From NCBI GenBank assembly GCA_003971905.1, contig RSEE01000015.1, positions 496,001 to 560,000 on the forward strand: a stretch of 64,000 nucleotides of DNA, in the 5' to 3' direction. The stretch is from Moniliella sp. 'wahieum'. Its lineage: Eukaryota. The first letter of the stretch is position 1. Every line of letters starts with the position of its first letter. The notes under the pieces are model-generated. The model was given only the letters and a program-made list of their open reading frames with translations, did no database searches and was not told where the DNA came from. Shown here in pieces: positions 44,410-56,504 of the stretch. The position numbers were made by a program, and so were the translations under genes.

Positions 44410-45396
44410 TTACTTGAGGTCGACACCAGCCGTGGCGCCGAGGGCCTTCTTGATGTCGCCGTAGAGAGCGAACTGGCCAGCGGTAAGGGTACCAATCATG
44501 ACGAAACGGGCGCCCATACCAGTGAAGAGACCCTTGACACCGATCTGCTTGGCAATGTTGACCAGACGGCCGGTCGTCGTCTCGCCAGGGAGAGCCTTGG
44601 TCTTGTTGATCTTGGACAGCAGCGTGTCGGCAGGCTGGGAGATGAAGGCAGCGGCCAGACCGGCAATCACACCGGCGCTCAAGTTGAGCGAGGTGCTGAG
44701 ACCACCCGTGATCTCCTCCTTGCTCTTGCCCGAAATCGCAACCAGCTTCTCGTACGCAATCTCGAACACGGCGAACTTGGCCATAGTGTAAGGAACCTGC
44801 TTGAAGAGGATAGGGCCAAAGCCAGCGTAGAATCCACCGATGCCCTCGTTCTTGGCAATCTTGCTGAACGCACCAATCAGGCCGTTGGCAAAGCCAGGCT
44901 CAGACACAAGACGGATACGGGTAGCCTCCAGAGGGCAGAGGGCAATGTCGGCAAAGAACTCAGCCACGGCCGAAGCACCGAGGTAGACAGCAGCCTTGTT
45001 GGCAACGGCCGTCTCGTAGCCAAGCGCGTCAATGAAGGTCTTCTTCCAGAACTCGTACCCACCAAACTTGAAGGCACCCTGGATGAAGTAGCCAGTGGCG
45101 GTGGGGCCAAAGCCAGTGAGAAGGGCGCCGGCGCCCTCCTTGGAAATAATCTGGCGGAAGGCGGTGATCATGCCCTTGTTGTACACCTCGGGCTCAAGCT
45201 GGATACGGGTCTTGACCACATCGACGGGCGTCATGCCGCCGTGGGTGATGGCGCAGCCGACGGCACCGGCAAGGGCAAAGCGGAGGTAGAGCTCGACGCC
45301 CTGGGGGGACTTGGCACCCTCGGCAGGGGCGTGAATGGGGTAAGCCGACGCCGAGACGGGCGCGTTGAGGGACTGGAACATAGGAGAGAACGCCAT
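44410..45396 (-). CDS. MIR1: Mitochondrial phosphate carrier
   Basis: Intact intronless [95 protein letters not shown]. Confidence 0.97.
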   Translation of the reverse strand: MAFSPMFQSLNAPVSASAYPIHAPAEGAKSPQGVELYLRFALAGAVGCAITHGGMTPVDVVKTRIQLEPEVYNKGMITAFRQIISKEGAGALLTGFGPTATGYFIQGAFKFGGYEFWKKTFIDALGYETAVANKAAVYLGASAVAEFFADIALCPLEATRIRLVSEPGFANGLIGAFSKIAKNEGIGGFYAGFGPILFKQVPYTMAKFAVFEIAYEKLVAISGKSKEEITGGLSTSLNLSAGVIAGLAAAFISQPADTLLSKINKTKALPGETTTGRLVNIAKQIGVKGLFTGMGARFVMIGTLTAGQFALYGDIKKALGATAGVDLK

Positions 45397-46156
45397 CTTG
45401 GCCGGCTTCAAGGACAGCGGGGGGGGGGGGGGGACAACGGCACGGGGTGGTGGGGGAAAGAGCAGGACAGCGTCGAGCGGGCGGCGGGCGAAGGAACACA
45501 GACAGAGAAGATTCGCTGGCTGCTGGGCGGCCCAGCTGGCACGCGTGGGCGACTGCCCGGGTGCGGCTGCCGCGCAGAGCGAGTGTGCCGGCAGCTGCAA
45601 TGCGGGGGGCACGTGGGCGCTGTCAGCAACGCGTATGTCATCAACTCGCGATCACCCGCCCGGCTGAGCGACGGGCAGCGCGGCGCCAGTGTGGCGGCAG
45701 TGCGCTTCCGGCGTGCTCCGAGCCGCCAGGGCAGCCAGTGGCCTTGGCCGCCGCCTGCCGCTGCACGCCGCCGCCCCCTGTCCTCTTCTCACGCTGCGCA
45801 CAAAGTTTGCCGCGGCAGTGCAGATAGATGGTCACCGGTCACCGGTCACGGGGCAGTCGATAGATAGAGCACGAGCCCAGCCGCTGTTTGGTAAGCCGCT
45901 CCTCGGCCAGTAACTAGTAAACCTAGTAAACGTTAAACGTTGCCAGCTGCACCACCCCGGCTTTACAAGGGAAGGGCAGCAGAGCATGCTTGCCCCAGCG
46001 AGAGCGGGTCGGTCGGCTATGTCAGGTATAGGTAGGTTTCGCTATGCTGGACGAGCTGCCACCAGTGTGCTCGTTGAATCGAGCAAGAAGCCATTTTCTT
46101 CTCTTGCCACAGGATCAAGTCCATACTCACAGTCCATCGTATCTACCATCCGACCT

Positions 46157-49100
46157 TTAGGCGGGGAAAGGCGCGCCGTCCCAGGCTGGCGGGGCCGGCT
46201 CAGCCTGCTGGGCCTGGTCCAAGCGCGCTTGGACTTTGGCCCGGTGCGAGCGGTTCTTGAGATGGACCTCAAAGTTGAACAGGGTTTCGTTCGGGCCCGT
46301 CTTGTACAGCAAGTCGGGACAATCCGAGCACCGGACCCGCCATTCGCCCTTGGCGCCCTTTTTGCCCCGCAACACGGGCTCAAACAGATCGTGAGGGTAC
46401 TTGCCACGGAGGGTGCCCATGTGTCGCGTTAGCCAGTCGGGCCACACGTGGTCACTTGGGTCGAGCGGTTCGGGGCGCGGCACAACCGCCGAACTGGAAG
46501 AAGGCGAAGCTGGGCTCCCGGGCCAAAGAGCCACGGGGGAAGTGGCTGTGGCTGGGGCCGTGGCTGGGGCCGTGGCTGTGGTTGTGGTTGTGGTTGTGGC
46601 AGGTGGCGAGGCAGCGGAGACGCTTGGCTCCCTGCCCTCGTCCTCCCTTCCCCCTCAACGTACTCTGTGTCGTCCAGTTTGTCATTCATCAACGAGCGTG
46701 GGAGCGACACGCCGCTCATCCCGTTCGCTCCGACGGGCACGGTGCACGTCCGGGTCGGTGGTGTACTCGACCGGACGGAGGCGACGGTAGCGAGACCAAA
46801 AGTTGCCGCAGGAGGAGCACAAGCTTCGTGGTCCGCCTGGACCTTTGCGCCTGCCCCCCACCACCGTTTCCGGCACACCACAGTTAGGGCAGTGCCATAC
46901 TCCGTTGATCATAGTGGGACGAGTGGCTAAGATTTCAGCGCCTGGGGTGGGCCCCTCGGTGCCAAACGGTTCGGCCCGAAGTAGATCCTACTAAATTCAG
47001 TTCCTCCCCTCCACCTGGACCAGGAAGTGCAGGACCGGCGGATAGGCCTTGTCTCCTGTTCGCCTTGTACCCCAGTCCACCAGGGTATGGAAGTTAATTC
47101 GCCAATCTTCAGAGCGAAGCGCACGTCGGTTGGCACTGGACACCGCCTCGTCCAGTTGGGGCGTAGACGCTGCGGCCGGGGTAGAGCCAGCATCCGAATC
47201 GTTGAGCTGTGCATTGGCCGCAGCTGCCGCTGCAGCTGCCGCACGACGAGGATGATGAGAGGTGCCAATCCCGCTGGTCCCAAGGCCCGAACTGGAAGAC
47301 ACGGTCCAAGAAGCAGCAAGCTCGGGGGCAACAGTTTGGGAGCCAAACAAAGCCGGTGTACGGATCGTCTTGCGTGGTTCCCGGTCGGGGAGAACCAGGA
47401 CACCACGGCGTCCGCGAGACTGGCGCTTTTTGCGGCGAGCGTCTCGTTCGCGTTCGCGCTCTTGGACTTCAATGTCAATCTCTGTGAGTTGCACCAGAAC
47501 AGGGGTATGGTTCTCCGTCTCGGCCTCGGAGCGGTAAATGGACTGTCCCTCTGCCAAGAGCGGAGGGAGGAATGCTTGATTCAGCTCAATATGATCAACC
47601 GGTGCACCATCAAACGTGTATCCAATCGCGGCGAGGCTCTTCATGTGCACCTCTGCTTGTTCTCGAATTTGCTCGGCGACAGCCGTGACAAACTCGCCTG
47701 CCAACCCCAAGTCGCCTGCTAAAGCTTGGGCAAATTCCTCGGGCGAAGGTTGGTCATTGGCCAAGTCCCACTCGAACTGCTAGCAGTTGCATCCCGCCTA
47801 CAATTACACCAGCTGGGTCCCGCACATGTTAGCAGCGATTCGGAAACGAAAAAAAAGTGAACGTACCTTGATTGGTATCCGAAGATCCGCATCTGCCCAT
47901 TGACGTTCAGTAGGCGCTTCGGTCCCATCCTTTGTGCAGTCGAATCATCAGGGGAAACTATTCGAGTCCCAATAGTCTCTGTGTCCTCCAGGCTGAGGAT
48001 GAGAGCAACAACTTGGTCCCGCACAGAAGCCCACCATGTCAAGTCGTTGTCGGCTTTGCGTTTGGCCCCCCTTGGTGCAGACAGATTGGGCACGACCGAG
48101 TTGATGGGCATATGCTGAGCCAGTTGCTGTTCCACCTGCTCCTTAATAGCTGGCAAGAAAATATTGGCAGGCAAGCCCAGGTCATCACACATCATTTGGC
48201 CAAACTGCTCCACCGTCACATCCGTCTCGGCCGCGTTCCAAGTGAACGTATCGTTCAGACGCACAAGCTCCGCCGCCACCTCGAGCCGGATGGCAACCAA
48301 GTCTTCAGGTAAAAGAGCCGACTTGGCCTTGGCCGCATCCGCTAGAGCTTGCCTCGACCCCATCAGAGGCTCGGAGGGCAGCACCAGGTCGCGTCTCACC
48401 CCTACCGTGGGTGCAGCACTGCTCCGCGGCCGGCGACGAGATGAGTGCGTCTCCTGCGTGGCGGTTGAAACGATGGACTCTGGGGGAAGAGCTAACCGAT
48501 TCCTTTCTCCTGGTGTATGAGCAGATTCGATAACACGGCGCTGGGCAGGGTAGATCAGCTGGAACGTTTCATACCCCTGTTGCGGACCCAAAGCAGGCTC
48601 GCCTGCACCTTTTTCCCACCACTGCAGCGTTGAGGGCTGCAAGGGCTCGGGGCCGGACGGATACGAGCGCATTTGCCTGCGTGACCAGATCAGCTCGGCG
48701 TAAGCTCGAATCGCGTTCTTCATCCTCCCGCGCGTCTTGTCCGTTTGAGCGGCATACGCCGTGTCCCGGCTCATGATCGTCACGAGCGCTTCCTCCTCGT
48801 CAGGGGAGAGCGAGAGGTTGGCCGTCTCGGACAGAGGCACAACACTCACGATCGTGTTTGCCGGAGAGACCGGGACACCCCCTGCGCTCTTTGGTGGGAG
48901 AGGCCCCCCCAAGACGGGGGGCAGATGGGGGTTGGCAGAGAGGCAGAGGCCGCAAGACTGCGCCGATGGGCTACCAGCGCTGCATGCGAAGAAATTGATG
49001 CATCCCCCGAAGCAGTCTGAGGCGAACTTACCGCACCGGGTGTCGCTGCACCTGGGCCCAAACTCGCAACGGATCCTCGGCGCAGCGCCTCGGCAGCAAT

Positions 49101-49982
49101 TTTGTGTTGCTGTTGCGGTGTCAGTTGCTGGGCCATGCGGAGTTGGTGAGTCGGGTCAACCGACAAGGGTTGCTGTGCCAGAGCTTGAAGTTGGCCTGGT
49201 TGGACCTGGCCTTGGGCTTGGATGTGACCAGGGGACTGTGCCTGAGCCTGAGCACGGGCCCGAGCCTGAGCCTGAGCCTGCGTCTGAGCTTGAGCTTGGG
49301 CCTGAGCTTGGGCCTGAGCTTGGGCCAGTGCCTGGGCTCGAGCTTGGGCTTGTTGGGCCTGTGCTTGGGCCTGGGCCTGAGCTTGAGCCTGGGCCTGAGC
49401 TTGAGCCTGAGCTTGAGCTTGCGCTTGCGCTTGCGCTGCTTGAGCAGCTTGCGCTTGCGCCTGAGCTTGAGCTTGAGCTAGGCGAAACTGCTGCTGCTGG
49501 AACTGTTGCTGCTGCTGCTGTTGCTGGATCTGAAGCTGCTGCTGCTGGAACTGGTGCTGTAACATCTGCGGGGTTACTTGGGAAGGAAGAGCTTGTTGTG
49601 CCTGTTGAGGTTGTGGCGTTTGTGCCTGTGGCACCTGCTGGGCCTGCTGGAGCATGAGCGCTGCAAAGGCCGGCACGCCGGCAGGGTACGAGTCGGTGGG
49701 CGGGAGGAAGGAAGAGGCGGAGATGCCGAGAGCAGCGGCCTCCTGCATGCTGATAACGACGTTGCCATCGGGAAGGCGGGGGGCGGAGGCTGCGCTGGCA
49801 GGAAGAGCGGCGGCAGTGACGACAAAGAGCCCCTGGGCCATGAGCAGCTGGAGCGGGCGGTGTTGGGCGCCGCTCTGGATGGACTGGCTGACAGCATGCA
49901 CAAGGTCGCGGCGGTGGTCGCCAATGGCAACGGCGGGGGTTGCATCGGGGGCAAGTGGAGTGGCGTAGCCCTGCGCCTGCAT
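46157..49982 (-). CDS. SNF5: SWI/SNF subunit Snf5 with Q/QA-rich N-terminus, Snf5 repeats and C-terminal GATA-like and C2H2-like zinc fingers
   Basis: [10 protein letters not shown]...[13 protein letters not shown]...[12 protein letters not shown] (Rpt1); QFEWDLA...[30 protein letters not shown] (Rpt2; intron about 47813-47866); [23 protein letters not shown]-x18-CSSC; CSDC...HLKNRSH. SFH1 paralogy is not fully excluded. Confidence 0.85.
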
Positions 49983-50409
49983 CGTCCCAGTCGTGGCTCG
50001 CGGGTGGATTGCAGCCAGCGGCGGCAGCAGCAAGACGCCCAGGTGGTGGTCCAAGCCCAGGACGCGACGCGAAGCCGCCTCAAAGTTAATTGTTTCAACC
50101 TGCGCGCTGACGACGCGAGCGCTGGAGCGCTAGAGTGCTCCAGTGCTCCAGTGCCGAAGCAGCTGCCTGCAGCGCTAGGGTTTCCGTTCCGGCTGCATCC
50201 ACATTCGATACTCAGTACTCCGTGTGCGTCCACTCGATCGCCCGTCCGTCCGCTCGCTCCCCTGGCCACATTGGTGCTGGCTCCCATCAGACAGCCGCCC
50301 CCGTCCACCACAACCATCTACGTCCTGCCATCCCCTGAAGCACCCGCCCGCCACCACAATCCAGCAATCCACAAAGAGAAGGTCCATTGAGCAAGAAAAA
50401 GGGCACAAC

Positions 50410-51015
50410 TTAGATATTGAGACTGTACTCATAGTCCGTCGTCACACTCTGCGTCGACCAGAGGATGATGGTAGCCAGCATAATGCCAAACGACTGTCCC
50501 ACGTTGGCCAGGCCATAGTACTCGTACCCAGCCCGTGCCGAGTGAATCAGGTACTTTACCACCAACACCGTTGCACTCCCCGACAAGCCGCCCGCCAACA
50601 AAGCAAACCCAACAAACAGCCATAGCCGCGCCCGCCATGCCACGCGGTCCCCCCCGCCGCCCAAGGAAGGTCCAGTGCCGTCGTCGTCGACCAGGTGGGA
50701 CTTGTCAATCAAGTTGATCACCGTCATGCCCAGCGTCGCCAACAGACCCGGGACCCAATCGGCAAACGAAACGTGCACGGGCGGCAGATCGGGACGTGGC
50801 GTGCCATCGTCTCCGCCTGGTGGGGGACGGGCATGGCGCATGGCGACGCCACTCAAGATGCAAGCATCAAAAAAGATCCACCACCCGATGGTGAAACTCG
50901 CACCGGCCATGTAAATCCAAAAGGAACGTTTGTGGTTACGCAGAAACGGGGGGAGAGGGGGCAAGTTGACCCGGCACACACGCCTCGGGTCCACATTGCC
51001 GCGCGACAAGGACAT
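50410..51015 (-). CDS. VPS68: Vacuolar protein sorting protein Vps68 (UPF0220)
   Basis: IYMAGASFTIGWWIFFDACILS, HVSFADWVPGLLATLGMTVINLIDKSHL, AWRARLWLFVGFALLAGGLSGS, YGLANV, DYEYSLNI. Intact intronless ORF. Confidence 0.92.
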   Translation of the reverse strand: MSLSRGNVDPRRVCRVNLPPLPPFLRNHKRSFWIYMAGASFTIGWWIFFDACILSGVAMRHARPPPGGDDGTPRPDLPPVHVSFADWVPGLLATLGMTVINLIDKSHLVDDDGTGPSLGGGGDRVAWRARLWLFVGFALLAGGLSGSATVLVVKYLIHSARAGYEYYGLANVGQSFGIMLATIILWSTQSVTTDYEYSLNI

Positions 51016-51888
51016 GGCGACAAACTCTACCCAACATCCAGCAGAGGTCGGGGGGTGGGGAGTAAGTACATGTGCATGGGTAAACGAAAGTGAACCTACC
51101 AAGCTTGCTTGACACGACGCCCACAAGAAGTAGATGATAGGAAGGGGTACCACCTTAGGCAACGCCGAGCCCCCCGCGCTCCCCCAGCATCGAGCACCAA
51201 TCGGCACGATGCATGGTGCATGATGCATGGTGCATGATGTATGACGCGTGACGAGAGTGGCGGAAACCATGAAGCGGAAATTGTCGTGTTTTCAAAGTTG
51301 CTTTTTCCCTGCCGTCGATCAGTCTCGCGTCTGCGCTACGCAGGTCTGAGATTCTGAGATCTCAGTCCGACTTGGCCTGGAAGCTGGCCGGGAGAAGAGC
51401 TAACCCGATTGTGGTCGGACGACCAGGGCCACCGCGTGCTGAAGCCAGCCCTAAGGCCTAAGGACCTAAAGGGCTGACGCGCTGACGGGTCTCTACGTGA
51501 CTGGCCTGAAATGCGCTGACAGCGCGACATTCCTATCCCACGATCAATGGAGGTAGGGCCTACATTTCCATTTTTACGTGGTCCCCGACCTACCTAAACC
51601 CAGTTTCCCGAGCGGTTCAATCGCCAATCCGTCTCGCTCACAGCGCGCAAAGGGAGAAGGGGAAGCTGATGGGTCCATTGTAGCACATGCCACGGAAGGG
51701 GACGTGTCTTTCCTTTTGTTGTAGGCGACCAATTGAGCGCGGCCAGTGACTAGTGACTAGTGGCGCCGACCATACATCCTTCGTACTAAGACTCAGTAGT
51801 ACTCATCAGGCTCTGGTGCGGCGGTGGTTCCTGCAACCCAGAATGCGCCCGTTCAGTATGACGGCCACCATTTGTTCATCTGGCGACC

Positions 51889-52694
51889 ATGTGTACAACT
51901 TTTAGATCCAACGTTCAACACCCAATTTTGTTTTCCACGAAAGATTGTGTGATGAGACCTGGATTCCGGATGGTCCTTGAGGCCTCACGCTTGTCAAACT
52001 CTATATCTCGGGGACAACAAAACCTGTATAGCAAGTGCCGGGGGACATGGGCTTGCGTACGTTTTCCTTCCGGGTGGTCGTTTGACGCACCAGCCACGAC
52101 GGTGTGCAAGCCGATCCCTCAAACTGATCAAACAGCCCTCGGAGAGGCCGGCCAAGCCAATGCCAACAACTCCCTAGCGCCTAAGGAGGCCTTGGCTATG
52201 ACGCTGTGCGGAATGGGGAAACAAAGAGACTTAGTAGTGCTCCTGATCTGGCTCTGTACCGGTACCGCAACGCAAGGCTGGGAATATCGGTCAAGCACCA
52301 CTGGCAGGTGCAGCTGTCTTCGCCTCTCGATCGCATAGGTGGGCACAAAGTGACGAGCGAACAGATCGTCTCGCCGGTTCGTAACACAAATGGCTCGATC
52401 TTTCCTGCTGCCATACCCGAGCCACTCAAAGAATACGAACCCGGGGACAAATATGAGGTAGATAGTATGACCAGCGAGGCTGAGCTTAGCACACATCGGA
52501 ACGAACCGGACGAGCAACGTGCGCAGGCTGTCTGCGGTCCTTGTCTCCACACTCCCATCCTCGTTGGTAAGAGCCTTCGTCCGCCCAAGGTGGGCTATAC
52601 GGGCCAATTTACTTTGCCCAACTCGAAGTGGAGGGGGTGGCGACGAACATGGGTTGCAGATGGTGTTGGGCACGGGGTACGGAGTATCCATTGA
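51889..52694 (+). other. Possible degraded or frameshifted coding region of unknown identity
   Basis: Intron-like GTACGT...CTGAT...AACAG (about 52057-52135) and a protein-like ORF at 52206-52694, but no consistent frame can be assembled. Confidence 0.25.
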
Positions 52695-52748
52695 GTTCTG
52701 GCCTCTAGAGATGAATTCGGGACAAGGGGAGGGGACACAAGAGACACG

Positions 52749-53212
52749 TTATGGGCTGGTTATAGCATCGACCTCCTCGAGGGCCTGTTGAAAATCGCGT
52801 TGGTGGGCAAGGAGCTAGATGAGAGCAACACTTGTCAAGACATGGTGGACGATGAGGGGAAGTAAGAGGGGGGACGTACCATGGCGTAGGTGACTGGGCG
52901 CTCTTCCGACATGCCCACTGGAGCAGGAGGCTCTGGCGGTGCGGCCACGACCTGGCCCCAGTCGAGGGCGGGATGGGAATCAAAGGAAATCTCGTCAGGG
53001 GTCAAGCCCAAGTCGTACTCGCCATCGCGGTGCTCATGTTGCCACCGGTAAATTTCCTTGAGCGTGCCTGGTCCCTCGGGGCCGTACTCATACGAGGGCT
53101 GGGTGAGCAACATGGCGTCGCCGGCAGCAGGGATGTTGATCAAGAGATCGCGGGAAGCGCCAACGAGAGCTGCGACGAGCACCACACCACTTCCCACGTA
53201 TCCAATGCGCAT
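52749..53212 (-). CDS. Small acidic, probably secreted protein (122 aa, 2 exons)
   Basis: MRIGYVGSGVVLVAALVGA signal-like start. Removing intron 52785-52879 (GTACGT...CAACAG) gives an in-frame ...VTYAM|ALEEVDAITSP*. Confidence 0.65.
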
Positions 53213-55853
53213 CAGGCCTCAGGCGGAGGCGCCCCAGGTCGAGTCAGGGATGGTGGGGGTCGATTGGGCCGGGGTAGCGGTTGGATGCACGTCGGTGCTC
53301 CGCATCCAAGCCTGCCGTTGGCTGCCGGGTACATGTTATTGCGCTGACGCGCTGACGTGTGTGACGGCGGCGCGGGGATGCGTGATGTCCTGCCCAGCGG
53401 GACAGCGGGGCCCAGCGCCCAGCGCCCAGCACCCAGCAGCACCCAGCGCCTAACGCCCACAACGCCCCTCGGTTGCTGCGGCGCCTGGTTTCAGATTGCA
53501 CGCCCACACGCCCCCCCAGCCGCCTGCAGCCGTGTGCTGCGTGCTGAGGTAAGGGCGAAGCGTTTGTGCGCTTTAGAGCTCGGAGCAGCAACTAGTAATC
53601 GGTAACTGGTACCCAAGCTCGCCCCACTCGCCCACTCGTGCTGCGCCTGCTGCGCCCCGCTTGCGCACCCCAGCCCGGTAGCCGTCTTGGAGCTTGGCGC
53701 TTGGGGCTAGCTCTTGACGTTCGACGCCACGTCTCGGCGCCACATGGACCCCACAAGCGGCCGGCAAGCAGACCATGGTCTGCGCAGCACCGCGTGGGTT
53801 AAGCGCTTAAGCGTACGTTGAACCCCGAGGGGGCATGGTGCACACTTTTATTGCACGTGTTCAAACGTTCAACGTGTTCAACGTTCTCTGCATAAAGACG
53901 GTCAGGCTGTTCTTGTCGCATTTCCCTTCCCCATATGCTTCCCCCCCCCCCCCCCCTATCTTGTCTCGTAAGCGCTTAAACATCGATACCCTTCCGTTCG
54001 GGCGATTGATAGTGCATGTATTAGCCGTACTACACCCCTATGTTCCCCACGACCCTACCAGTCATCTCCTTCGGCTCTGCAGACTTATGCTTCCCCTCCT
54101 GTCGATCTGATCGGTATCCTGTTCGACATTGTGGGGGCCTTTATACAATTACACTGAGGGATTTCTCTCCTCCCCCCCCGCCCCACTATGCCAAAAGGGA
54201 CACAACTACGGCGTTGTCAAAAAGCGACTTGTCGAATGATAAAAGCCACAGTATAGAAAGCACCTGCAATAAAGCTTTTCCTTCCCTTTCTTCCTGTGCA
54301 CACACGTTGACCACAAGGGGCAGATAGGACGAGTGACGTCCAAGGTCACACTCATCTTCTTCCACATGCACTGGCACCATGTCAAGATCCCCAAGATCTT
54401 CATCCGCGGATGTCGTAAAAGGATATGGAGACGGGGAAAAGGATGAGGATCATATATTCATCGAATGGAAAAAGGGGGCGAGGTATATATGCCTCGGAGA
54501 AGAAGAGAACATGCGAGAATCATATGGAGAAGGAAAGGGGAGCATAGTCAAAGGGGGAAAACAGGGTCTAGAACAAATCAGGGACCAGTCAACCTGTGGT
54601 GACTAGTGACTCCTAGCTAGTAATCTGGCTTCGATCTAACTCGTGTTTTCTCTCTCCCACTGCGTAACTGCATTGAGGACTACGTCGCTAAATAAGTCGC
54701 TAAACCAGCATCATTGCCATACACGGTCGTAGAGACAAAGCGAAGCGCACCCTTATCGCAGAGGCGCCGCTTCTCTGCCCATTATATATACAGTGAATGC
54801 GACATCATGGCCAAACTTCTGCGTTTCTTCCTCCGTTACGCGTTACGCAGCGTTACGCTGCGTGAGCGTGGTGCGAACAAGATATTTCCGAAAGTGTCAC
54901 TACGGTACCGTTGTGGTCCCTTGCAAAGTGGATCATGTGAGGGAGAGACTTGTTGATCAGACTGTGTAGTGGGACATTAAACGGCCAGAGAGGAACAAGG
55001 ATAGACTCGATGTGCGCCCACCAGCATCTGTAAACAGATATGATGAAAAGGAGGTGCGGTGCCATATGTGTTCGGGCCGGCGGTGGACGGTGCGCCCGCT
55101 GAGCGCTGATTCCTACAACTCCCCCCCCCCCTCGACGGTCTGGAGCAAGGGTGTGACAGGCGGCGCATCTGAGATGCCGTCTGACATGCTGACGGTATGT
55201 TGACAAAACGTGATCTCAAGCATCAAAATATTGGAAGACCGACCCGGAGGGCAGCACAGGGGAGAACCTGGGATCGACGCTGTGCTGACCCACAAGCACA
55301 CCGTGCCGCGGGCGCATACCCTTGTGTGTGCGCCAAACGCAACGCGTAAGGCCGACGCCATCACCTGACACTGACGCGCTGACGGCGCTGACGCCCAACG
55401 CGTAACATGGGCCATGACATGCAGCGAGACACGGCGGATGTTTTTCCCAGGTACCCCCCACTATGCATGTGCATGATTGCCTTACTAGCTCCCTCGGGCC
55501 TTAAGTCTCAGGCCTGGCCTCCCTAGTTCCTATAAGCACTGCTCACAAGCGAGTCACTAGTCACTAGTCACTATCACTCTGTTTGAGCATTCCTATTACT
55601 GGCTGTGCGGGGCCCCAAGAATGTGGAGAGATCTGAGAAGATGCGAGATGGGTGATCTCGAGGATCGAGGATCGCCGACCGGTGAAAGCGGTGAGGAGCC
55701 GAGGTGGGCCCATGGGAGACTGCATACTGGCCCAGTCGCGGGACAAGCGTGAAGCCAGGCCACTGGCTTGCACTGGTGCAGTGCCGATTGGGGTTCGAGG
55801 TACTGCTTACTAGGCGCTAGGGTTAGGGTTACTGCGCTAGCTAGTCACGCCAG

Positions 55854-55949
55854 TCGGGCCACAGAGTACCGAGGTCAGCAGACCGAAGACCGAATCTCGC
55901 TTCGGGCCACAGAGTACCGAGGTCAGCAGACCGAAGACCGAATCTCGCT
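55854..55949 (+). repeat. Perfect 48-bp tandem duplication
   Basis: TCGGGCCACAGAGTACCGAGGTCAGCAGACCGAAGACCGAATCTCGCT at 55854 and 55902. Confidence 0.92.
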
Positions 55950-56352
55950 ATTGGGAATGCAGAGTACTGAGACTGAGCTACGTAGAATGCTGGGGCAGAT
56001 GCACGGACAGGCATTGCCTTCTGTTGCACACGCGTATGATTGCCTGACACGCCGACGACGGAGATGGGGAGAGAGAAAGAGTTGGACGACCTAGGTAGGA
56101 ATGTTAATGAGGGCACGAGCAAGAATGCTTGCTTGAAGCTTGAAGCTTGACCCGCAGCTGGCTCGAGCATTGCGCTGATGCGCTTACGCGCTTACGTGGA
56201 TCCTTAATCCGTACTCTGCGCCGCCAAGCTGCAGGCTAAGCTGCAAGGCAAAGGGCAACAGTGTTGTGACCATTCTCAAGACACGTAGCTGCCACACAGG
56301 CCACCTATACTCAATAGGTAGACATGGCGACGCACCTTCCCCCAACACCGTG

Positions 56353-56362
56353 TATATATAAG
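56353..56362 (+). promoter_or_regulatory. TATA box
   Basis: TATATATAAG about 150 bp upstream of ATG 56505, followed by a C-rich leader. Confidence 0.55.
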
Positions 56363-56504
56363 GCTGAAGCGATCGCCTCTCGGTAACTTCTCCCCAGACC
56401 TCCCTGGTCAAACCGCATCCTACCCACCCCTCCACCCACCCCAACCGTCTTCCCAGGTTGCCCTGTGCACCACCCAACCACCCCCCCAACCAAGTTTGCC
56501 AAAG

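Noticed and set aside
44077..45867. 596-aa plus-strand ORF antisense to MIR1
   Set aside because: Shadow ORF expected from strong codon bias in the carrier gene; no protein-like features.
48761..49657. Plus-strand ORF with PELEL repeats
   Set aside because: Antisense reading of the Gln-Ala repeat of Snf5.
54186..54606. Short ORFs on both strands
   Set aside because: Under 80 aa, no motif or splice support.
55818..55831. Telomere
   Set aside because: Only about two TTAGGG units, internal; at most a telobox.
55854..55949. Possible CRISPR-like repeat
   Set aside because: Two adjacent copies with no spacers, eukaryotic context and no cas genes; a simple tandem duplication.
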